DNA of 61,101 bases, counting the filler. It is 14 parts of 14 records of this genome, joined end to end, with 100 filler letters (N's around TTAATTAATTAA, not from the genome) between each part and the next. Parts side by side here need not be neighbours in the genome. Positions count along the whole stretch, not along the records: positions 7,816 to 12,734 come from SRR15195285_6225; positions 12,835 to 15,903 come from SRR15195285_6227; positions 16,004 to 19,097 come from SRR15195285_6229; positions 19,198 to 24,633 come from SRR15195285_6245; 10 more parts are not named here. One strand, written 5' to 3'. Under the pieces are notes generated by a model. It had not been told where the DNA came from. It worked only from the letters and a program-made list of their open reading frames with translations, and did not search any database. Below are positions 12,492 to 22,100 of this stretch, piece after piece (within the stretch, counting starts at the first letter, position 1; each line of letters opens with the position of its first letter). The translations under genes were made by a program, and so were the position numbers.

Positions 12492-12503
12492 GTCGAGATG
12501 TAC

Positions 12504-12637
12504 CGTCCATCCCGATCGACCTCCATCTCCCGCCAGACGATCGGCCGAAGCCGGTCCATGCCCGGGACCAGGAAGTGGATGCCCTCAAGCGCCACTTTGT
12601 GGAACCGTCCGAATCGTTCGACGATGACCGCTTTCTT
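12504..12637 (-). CDS. Internal exon of an SPFH/Band-7 (stomatin-like/paraslipin) gene
   Basis: Encodes KKAVIVERFGRFHKVALEGIHFLVPGMDRLRPIVWREMEVDRDG, resembling the SPFH N-terminal motif VVERFG(K/R)(F/Y)xxxLxPGLxFLIPxxD. Flanked by a gcgcag acceptor and a GTACAT donor. Confidence 0.7.
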
Positions 12638-12734
12638 CTGCGCACGGCACCGGTGTGTTGACTGTGAGAGGGCGCACGCGAACGAGGCTAGGGACGAGGA
12701 CAGCCGGCGGCAGCGGCGGCGGCAGCGGCGGCGG

Positions 12735-12834
12735 NNNNNNNNNNNNNNNNNNNNNNNNNNNNNNNNNNNNNNNNNNNNTTAATTAATTAANNNNNNNNNN
12801 NNNNNNNNNNNNNNNNNNNNNNNNNNNNNNNNNN
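12735..12834. other. Artificial contig-joining spacer 3
   Basis: N44-TTAATTAATTAA-N44. Confidence 0.98.
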
Positions 12835-13121
12835 AAATTACAGATATATCTGGGTCTGTGTCATTAGTAGCACCATCATCACTAGACTGACTTCGACTTA
12901 CGCCCCCATCGATAATCGTGACCTGGTTGTCTGCACAGGCAGATGCGTGCACCTCGATGCGCTTCAGGCCCGTCTCACGACTGTGAAGAGATACTAAGGC
13001 TACCGGCAAATTGATTATTGAGGTCTTGCAACTGAGAGACTGACTTGGAAATATAATTAAAAGAGCATTGTACAGTACGGACACACTGGTGCGTGCCTAT
13101 GGCGATGCCTCATTTGGCACC

Positions 13122-15285
13122 CTACACAATCTGACCGGCACCCTCAGTGGCCGCAACGTAGCCACCGTCTCCCTCGCTGTAGGCCAACACACCATTGACC
13201 CATACCTTTTCAAAGCCTCTTCCTGGACGAACATACCGCCGCTGCCTCCCTGGTACATCTTCTCTGTACTCGTTCGGAAGATCCTTTAGAGTGTTGAGGG
13301 CGTTCAAGTCGAACAGCACTAGATCCGCAGCAAAACCCTGGTAGCCAAAATAATCCACTAAGCCTCATTGGAACTGCAATGAACTTGTGGTAGGTGGGTC
13401 TGTATGCTCACTCACCTCGACAAGTGTGCCACGTTGTTTCATCCCCCACTGCTGTGCGTTCTTGCCCTGCACACGAAAGCATATTTCTCTGAGCTTACCC
13501 GAGATGGCAACCAGACGGGTGGACTCGTATTCGCTTGCAACTGGAATAGTCATAATCATTTTCACTAGTGTGACGAGTAGTTTGTTGCTAGTACGGAGTA
13601 GCTACAGTCAGCTGGTAAATGCCTTCTTCCAGCGACCAGATCCGGTCGTCACGGACAAAATTCGTTAGGACGCAGGTGCTTTCGCCAGTGCCACATTTTT
13701 GAGTGACGTGCGCGCCACTGTCGAATGCGCCTAGCTGGAACAGCGAGTCCCGGCCTACAGCAATGAGAGCACCCACACAAACAGCAATCAGAGGGATACA
13801 TACCCGCGACCAGCGCCGCAGTTGATATATTCTCACCCATCGCCAGCCCTGCGATTACACTGCGATTCTCTGTAGAACGTGGAGCCACAATCGTAAACTC
13901 TGCCTCCAGATTGTCACGTATGGAGACATCAATGATCAATCGCCCGAGTTCGACATCTTCCTGCGCTGCTGCATCCATCAATGTCATGCCCAGATATCTA
14001 GTACATGTGCGTCAAGTTGCACGGCAACCAGGAAGCAGGTCAGCTAGAAGTCGCTGCGCCCCACGCATTCCAAGTGACATTGTGTGTGCGCAATCCAAGA
14101 AGGGCAGTGGCCAAACTTACTTCTGGTTGTCTGGGTGGGTAACCTCAGTTACGACCATCCGTCCAATACTACCCTTGTTCGGAGCGCGCTCCAAGTTCTC
14201 GATCAGCATCGCAGAAGTCTCGTCGTTGGCGAAGTACGCAACACGCGCCTCACGTGGCGATATCTTCATCGCCTTGCCCCATCCGCGAACGCTCATCATG
14301 TTGTTGTTCGTTTCTCCAAGCCGTAAGTGCGCGCTGATGTCTCCAGGGGCGATCTGGCCGTAGATTTTTCCGCCGTCCCGTTCGATCTCTTGCATCAGCT
14401 CGAGGCACTCGTCCTTCCGACCCAGATTGACCGGCTGGAACGATACAGGAACCTTGGCCGCTTTGCTGATCAAACCGAGCTCGCGGATCGACTCAAATTC
14501 TCCCATGTCACGATCTTTTCCGCCACCAGCGTCATTGAATGCGTGAACGCAGGCCCAAGTGCCCGGACCCTCCCCGACGCTCGCCCGCCCTACCCTTGCC
14601 ATCGCTGCTGCCAGCGTTGTGCGTTCACGTACGTCGGCAAAGCGGCTCGGGACTGGACGCAGCTGGGAGTCGATGTCGACATAGCTAGTGCTTACGCCTA
14701 GAGCCCCAGCCCCCATTGCTTCTTCAACCACCGCACACATCTGCTCGAGCTCTTGGTCCGTCGCCTCGCGCTCCTGGCTCGCCTCACCCATCACATACAA
14801 GCGAATAGCAGAGTGGCCGACCAACGCGCCGAGGTTTACCGAAAGAGAAGGTCGTAGCCATCCAAGCCAGTCGCCGAATGTTTCCCACTGTTCAAATGGC
14901 ACCCCTTCCGTGAAAGTTAGCGGCTTGATGTCCTCGATCGTGAAAAACATATCCACAAGCCGCTGCGCGTGCTGCGCGTTGCGACATGGGGCAACAGAGA
15001 GCGAGCAGTTGCCGGTCACTATCGTTGTCACACCGTGCTCAAGGCACGGGCGAGCCGCTCCGTCCCAGCAGAGCTGCGGATCGTAGTGAGTATGGATGTC
15101 GATGAGACCAGGAGCGAGCACCTTGCCGCGGCCGTCAATCTCCCGCGCTGCTGTCCCGCTGAAGTTACCGCCAACGCTGAGTAGCCGGCCACCCTTGACC
15201 GCAACGTCGCCAATCGCTCCCGGTCGTTCGCCCGTGCCGTCGACCACGAGCGCACGACGCACGACGAAGTCTGCCACCACGTCGG
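13122..15285 (-). CDS. N-acyl-D-amino-acid deacylase (D-aminoacylase)-like amidohydrolase; multi-exon, start exon not resolved
   Basis: VVDGTG...GDVAVKGG...EIDGRGKVLAPGLIDIHTHYD, HGVTTIVTGNCSLS, VGHSAIRLYVMG, AMGAGALGVSTS, DSGAHV, WSLEEGIYQLT|GKNAQQWGMKQRGTLVE|GFAADLVLFD, DVPGRQRRYV, GFEKVWVNG...AGQIV*. Confidence 0.9.
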
Positions 15286-15689
15286 CTGCATAACGAAATA
15301 GGTGTTAGCCTAACCAAAAACTGTGTGGGCGCCGGATTAGCTGTCAACTGTCATCGATGCCGACGGACGGGTGACGTATGGCTACAGTACGCGCGCTCAC
15401 AGCTGTCTCTAGATACTGCTGCCCTCTGTGCAACGTGCAAAGGTGCGTGTCGCTGCAACGATATGTGGTCGACCAGGGCTCTCAATCGCTCCATAGCACT
15501 ATGTATACGTATCTGTAGCAATGTCCAAAGCAGAACTCATCACCAGCGATGATGCAGAGTTTTGTTCGAAACCGCGCGCCGTGTGCCGCAGGCGGCTACG
15601 AGAGCAATCGACTACGTACGTACCGACGGCGTGATGCGTCGTCGCGCGTGTGCGTCGCGGTCGTCGCGACCAGCCTGAACTGTCGTCCT

Positions 15690-15860
15690 ACTGGTGCCCG
15701 GCGCCGCGCGCGCTGCCGCGCTCGCGCTCGCGTTGCGCGCCGCCGCGCCGCGCGCCGCGCGCGGTACGGCCGCGCCGGCGCCGCAGCGACGGCATACTAG
15801 TACGAATCCGTACGTAACCGCGCGCGTAAGGGTTCAATGCACGGACATTTGTACGAATTA
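15690..15860. promoter_or_regulatory. Near-pure C/G (CGCG) tract followed by GTAC/TACG-rich zone
   Basis: About 90 bp of almost only C/G (gcgccgcgcgcgctgccgcg...) then tactagtacgaatccgtacgtaaccgcgcgcgta, upstream of the amidohydrolase. Confidence 0.4.
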
Positions 15861-15903
15861 CGGAATTACGATTCATTACAAGTACACGTGGTAATACCAC
15901 TAG

Positions 15904-16003
15904 NNNNNNNNNNNNNNNNNNNNNNNNNNNNNNNNNNNNNNNNNNNNTTAATTAATTAANNNNNNNNNNNNNNNNNNNNNNNNNNNNNNNNNNNNNNNNN
16001 NNN
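15904..16003. other. Artificial contig-joining spacer 4
   Basis: N44-TTAATTAATTAA-N44. Confidence 0.98.
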
Positions 16004-16334
16004 GTTACGAGCCGTTATTTTGGCCAGGATTCTCAGTAAATGATGTAGCTGCGCCTGGCGGCGCGGGTCGTCTCGCACGGTATACTATAATATACGTAGT
16101 AGGTGCTGCACGGCCGGCGGCCGCGGGGCGCGCGCGCGGCGCGCCCCACGCGCGCGGCGGATCCGGGGGGCTCCGGCCACCGATACGGAGCGCGGTGTAC
16201 GGCACTATAGGCTATAGGCGCGGCACATGTAGGCCGCGATTAGCCACCCCCGCTAGTGGATGATCGCGACGGCGCGTGCTGGCCGAGCATGCCTGATCCC
16301 CGCTGCCAGTGTCCGGCAGCAGCACTGCTTCAAA

Positions 16335-17308
16335 ATGGTACGGAATCTCCGTCTGGAATGCTTTGGCTACATGTACTGATACTTGGCAGATTTTGACCCT
16401 CACCCCTGAAGGCACCCCTGAAGGCACCGGTGTGCTGACATGATGAGGCGACGTTGCCGTCGCAGTCGCCGTTGCTGCATCGTCCGAACAGCTCGTTGAG
16501 CCCGGAAGCTGCTGCGGCCTATGGTGATGCCACGCGAGCCGCAGTCTACGATGACCTGCGCCCAGCGTATTCGCCGGAGCTGCTGGCCGAGGCCATCGGC
16601 CGTGCGCCGCGAGGAGCTGGGTCGCTGCTCGACCTCGGGGCCGGGACCGGCCGGCTGACCCGTGCCCTGATGGCGCTGCCATTGTCAGCAAGAGGCGATT
16701 CTCGAGAGGTTCTGGCCGTTGAGCCCGTGGCGGCCATGCGCGACGCGTTCGTGGCAGAAGGGGTGACCTGTGCCAACGGTTGCGGGCGATCAATCCCAGT
16801 CGAGGATGGCAGCTGTGCTGCGGTGTTCTGTGGGGAGTCGTTTCATTGGATGGCCACCGCCGCCACCCTACGAGAAATATACCGTGTGCTCTGCCACGAC
16901 GGAATTCTTGTGCTGTGCTGGAACACGCGCGACCCGCACACGTCTGGATTCGCCACTCAGCTCGAGAACGGCGTGATCTCGCCACTGTATCATTCCGCAG
17001 TAGGAGCACGTCAGCCGCGGCAGCAACAGCGTGGCGCTTGGGAGCAGGCGTTCCAGGAGCAGAGCAGCAGTGGTCTCTTCAACCCTGCGGAGTGCGTCGA
17101 TTGCACCAGCAGCACGTTGAAGATCGAGGGCAGCAAGTTGATTGACATGGTGTGTGGCTTGAGTGTCGTGGCCAGCAAGCCACAGCATGAGCAGGCGCAG
17201 CTGAAGCGCACCATGTTTCAGTTCTTGATGGATCACTCCAGTTGATCGGGCTTTGAGCTCAAGTACTCTCACAGCTGCAACATTTATCGGAAGGCTCGTG
17301 AACATTAA
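16335..17308 (+). CDS. Class I SAM-dependent methyltransferase (Methyltransf_11-like) with an in-frame TGA near the C-terminus
   Basis: ATG 16335-16337 followed by intron 16338-16465 (GTACGG...ctgac...cgcag). Motifs YDDLRPAYSPE, LLDLGAGTGRLT, LAVEPVAAMR, IPVEDGSCAAVFCGESFHWM, EIYRVLCHDGILVLCWN. TGA at 17243-17245 is followed in frame by SGFELKYSHSCNIYRKAREH* (TAA 17306-17308). Confidence 0.85.
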
Positions 17309-17977
17309 TCTTCATTGAACTCAAATGAATAGGAGAGGAGATAATTATAGATATGTTATGCTGGTCGCACTTCGCAGATGATGCGCCACTCGGTCTCGTC
17401 CAGAGCACGCGGTTGAAAATTAATCTCTGTATTTAACTACGAGTATATGTACAACGAAGGCTTTCAACTATCAGTTCGGGAGGACGGTGGCGTGGAGATA
17501 TAACAAGAAGGGTGTAAAGCCAATAAACTAATGAACTAGCATAAACCAACAGAGTTATTTTCTTTTTGCCTCGATACACTCTCGCTGCTGGCAAGTTGAT
17601 TCTGCAGGTATGCAACACGGACGCTCATGTTCGTAACCAGGTGGCTGCTGCTCCGGAACTTGTGTCAGCAATGGGCCTGCAGTTCGGCAAGACGTTCAAC
17701 GTGGTTTAGGCTGGCCAGACCAGTTTGGAAGGTTACTATCCCGACACTCTTGATGACTGCGTAAGGACCACAGCAGTGGAACCGGCACAGCGAGTGACAG
17801 CCCCATGCTCTCCTGGTGATGTCAGCTTCCTGGTATTTATACTCAACGTACGCCGTGCTCGAGAGCACACGCTATACTGAGGCGAACGTTGCGCGGGCTA
17901 TCTTCCGATAGATCACACACAAGGAGTAGCGATCAATGCCAATGAAGATGTTCACGGCGGAGCATTCGCATGATGCA

Positions 17978-18917
17978 TTAATGCCCGCTCGCGTGGGTTC
18001 CTCCTGTCTGCCCCGAAACAGACAGCTCAGTGCTGCAAATCGTATTGAAATCCTCAAGGTGCGACACGACCACCCGTCCGAGCGTTGCGACCGCGTCGCT
18101 GGAGCTACATGAGCGCCACCACTCGGTGAAGACGTGTGCACAACCTGAGAAATGTCAGAACAATGAAATTGTAAGATTCTGCGCGTGTGGTAGACGTAGA
18201 AGATAGGTAGAAGCAGCAAAAGGTTCGAATATTCGCACCTGCTGAAGCAAGTCCTGTAGCTTCTGCGCATCCGGTGCCACACGCTACTGGGCACTCGATG
18301 GAAGCTGTGGTGCCCGTTCGGGCGTCAACGAAGGTATCGCACGCAGCTTGCCGACTGCTCCCAGGGTACGCTGCAATAAGTGCGCAGGTCTGGCTCCCAC
18401 CCGCGAGGAACGCCACGTTATCCTCGCATGCTGTGTCTACAGGCTCGCAGCTACCGAGGCAGAAGCAACCATCTGTGCTGCTACACACAGTGGGGCTAGT
18501 CACTGTGTTATACTTGAGTCGGCTGCTTCCCTTGTACACGCAACCTGTCGGCGTCGTCATCTGTTGCCCAAGACCCACTACGATGTGTCCGCTGCCGGCA
18601 CGGAACTCTAGATCGGTCGCCACCGTCCCAATCCATTCGCAAACATGCTGATCCTCAATGGGAGTGCAGCCAGGCGTGGTGTGGCACGAGCCACTGTGAA
18701 TGAGCGATACCGCCCGTGTGATCGGCACGAGTGTTCTCGCCACAGACGGACAGGAAGCTGGCACGGTTCGACCCGGAGACGCGCGTGGGCAGTTGTTTTG
18801 GGTGAGCCGCCCTAGCTCCTCGAGTGTGCAGCTGAAGACCTCGTTCCCTGCACCACGCTCCGCGCAGCGGCCGTCGCGCGCGCTGAGCAAGATGATCGGA
18901 ACCACGAGCGCTCGCAT
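17978..18917 (-). CDS. Secreted Cys-rich protein of unknown function, 2 exons
   Basis: Signal peptide MRALVVPIILLSA. Contains PASCPSV, TTPTGCVYK...CSSTDGCFC, CEDNVAF...CPVACGTGC. Intron GTGCGA...tcag, then exon GCAHVFTEWWRSCSS...LEDFNTIC...HASGH*. Confidence 0.7.
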
Positions 18918-19097
18918 GCTCGCCACGTTTATCTTCAGCAAACCACAGACAGCAGCACGCCACAGCGACGACTGTCGAGCTCCTTCAAGCAGCCTGTCGT
19001 CCCACTTCTCGCCGTCTTGCACGACAACAAACGGTGCGCGTACGTGCGGTCCACAGCATACTGGGCGAACGGGGCATTTCTGTCCTCTAATTTACAT

Positions 19098-19197
19098 NNN
19101 NNNNNNNNNNNNNNNNNNNNNNNNNNNNNNNNNNNNNNNNNTTAATTAATTAANNNNNNNNNNNNNNNNNNNNNNNNNNNNNNNNNNNNNNNNNNNN
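19098..19197. other. Artificial contig-joining spacer 5
   Basis: N44-TTAATTAATTAA-N44. Confidence 0.98.
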
Positions 19198-22100
19198 ATC
19201 TGCGAAGGGTTCGTAGGTGAGGAGTGTGTTTATTCGTGCAATGATGGTTATGAGTCTTCAGGTCGCCACGTATGCCACATGGACAGGCTCTTCCGTGGTG
19301 GCTCGTGCTTACCAATGCCTTGCACTGGCGGGTTTAACATTGCTCATTCCATCGACCGTTCGTTAGCGTGTGATACAGAAGCATGTAGATCGTGTGCTGG
19401 CAGCACAGGCAGCGCCTGTGAATACACCTGTGAGCCTGGCTACGAGCCAATTGGATATCACATCTGCCGCTCTGATGGCAACTTTTCAGGCGGTGGTTGC
19501 CAACCAACTGAGTGCAACACGCACTATGTGGCTCACAGCGACACGTCGTGCCAAGGTATCAGGACGAATGACGTCTGCACATTTACTTGCTATGACGGTT
19601 TCAGCGTTTCAGGAACTCTCAGATGTATGCCGAATGGAGTCTTTGAAGGTGGCTCATGTGAAGGGGTGCGACCGGGATGTACCGACCCGACAGCTGATAA
19701 TTACAGTCCAACGGCAACTGTTGACAATAGTTCCTGCGTACATCTGGAAAACTCGGATGGGCAGTGGTACCTGCGCACCACTGTGCCGATGAGCTCCGAT
19801 CAGAACGTAGCCCCCCCGGGGTGTGCCGAAAGCCCGTTGCAGTCAGCTGAAGATAGTGTGGCTTGTGGTATTGTCACACTGGTGGACGTACATGACACGC
19901 AGGGACAGGACGGGCATAGCATTAATGTGAGCCTTGTTGCTCAGGCAGACGACCCCTATGCCTGTTTGACTAATCGCACAATCACGGGCTCACTAATGCC
20001 GACATCTTGTTGGCCAAACTGCGACATTGGTCTCTCCAAACCGTTCGGTCCTTTAAACTTCACTCGGGATGCTTTGTTGACGTACAATTTTGGGCGAGAC
20101 TTACGGGCTGGAGCATACACACTGACGATTGGAAATAATGTCGATAATGGAACATGGAGCCGAGCAACAACATCCTTGGTGCTCCGGACCGATGCGAACG
20201 TGACGACAAATGCGATCGATATGGCTGGCGGAGGGATGACACAGCGCAGATCGGTAGAACTAATGTCGTCCAGCTGCATGCTATGCGAGCCAGGAAGATA
20301 CCAAGATCAGGCCGACAGCAGCGCTGAGTGCAAGCTGTGTCCTCGTGGCCGGTTTTTTGACATGGAAGCTTTCCACTCGGCACCTGCTATAGCAGCTCAA
20401 GTGATTACGGAACTGAATGCTGGGCCTGACATTGCCATTGCAACCACGGAAAATCCACAGGCTAAAGGTTTTAGAGTCGATGATACCGTGCAGTTCACAG
20501 ACAACGGTGCCACTACCTGCGCAGCACTTGCAGCGGCAGGGTCACAGCGCTACACTGTGGTGGCAGTTACGTCCAGCACCTTGACTATATCTGGCATCGA
20601 TCCGGGCCTCGTGCCAGCTACGGATGAATCGGACGACGTGGATCTGAGATACCCATGCTCAGTTGAGCGACTGTCGATTCAGACCAGCATACAGCGGGCC
20701 TGCCCTCGCTGTAGACCGGGAAGGTTTTCTCCAGAAGGTAGCAGCACGTGTTTCAACTGTTCCCCTGGCCGCGCGGATTTGGATGAAGACGCAGCCACTG
20801 AATGTGATGTGTGTGAGGTGGGAACGTACGCAAATCCATTGACGCCTACTGACTGTACCATCTGTGCTGCGGGGGAGGTCGACGAGGACCAAGATGCCAC
20901 GGTAAGAACAACGTGTCCCCAGCACATGCTATCTAGCTGTGTCTAACGCTTTCATTGTGTCATCGTGTGTCCAGACCATGTGCACAGCGTGTGACAGCGG
21001 AACGTACTCGTCAAATGGGAGTGTGGTCTGCAGTCCCTGTGCTGCAGGAATGTATGACGACGATGAAGATCCAACAACAATTTGTTCAGCGTGTTCGACA
21101 GGAAAGTTTTCAAACACAAGCTCCGTGCTTTGCTCGGACTGTGTGGCTGGGCAGGCCGATTTAGATGAGAACCCCGCAACGACTTGTACCAGGTGCCCTG
21201 GGGGTTCATACGCATCCTCTGCACAGGTGTCGTGCACGAACTGCACAGCCGGTCGCTTTTCGGGTGCAGGAAGCGCAGATTGCACGGACTGTTCTGCAGG
21301 AAGGGCTGATTTGACGCGCGGCATATACCCCCGTGTAGAGTGCACGGTGTGCTCTGCTGGCTCTTACAGCGCAAACTGCAACGCTCTGCAGGATGGTAGT
21401 TGTTCGAATCCGCAACTGTGCTGCACTGCGTGCGCGGCCTGTCACCCCGGGACATTTTCGGTACCAGGCGAGCTCCAGACAACAACAGGCATAACCGAGT
21501 GCCAGGAGTGTGAAGTCGGCCAGTTTGACCACGATGCATCTGCCGCAACGGCCTGCATCTGCAAGCCCGGATGGTCATTTCCCGACCATACCATTAATGG
21601 ATCGATTCCGTCGGTGCCAATTGTCTGCACCCCATGTCCAGCTGACACATACCGGCGAGGAGCATGCCCGGACAAAATTCCTGGCATCGAGCTGTCAGGT
21701 CAAGCCAGTCTGTGCGGAGACGGCACGTTTGAGCGGCAAGCGGATCTGTCTTGCTTACCCTGCACTGGTCCAAATATGGAAGGGTTGGAGTGTCCACTGC
21801 CAGGCATGGCATTTCCGGTGGCAAAACCCGGGTTTGTAGTAAGTGTCAATGAGATGAATAGCCACGTGTGTATCGGAAGCGGCGAAGGATGTGCAAGACC
21901 GAAAAGGTGTCACCCAGACCGGGCATGCCAGGTAGAGCCACCTTGGGGGTCCATCACTGGTGCAACAGTATCTACGTCTCTCGATGTCGGAAATTTCTAT
22001 GGCATTCCCCGGAGTGAACCAGTCGAGTGGACAATTCTTAGAAGTGAGCCTCCTGGGTGTGCTAAAGGTTATGATGAGACAGAGAAATGTGATAAGTGTG

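Noticed and set aside
17370-17420. SECIS element for the methyltransferase UGA
   Set aside because: ATGA...GA words are present, but helix II pairs poorly and there is no apical AA motif at the right spacing.
17600-17970. Coding-like stretch between the methyltransferase and the Cys-rich gene
   Set aside because: Interrupted by stops in all frames with no recognisable family. It may be a decayed gene, but I cannot support a call.
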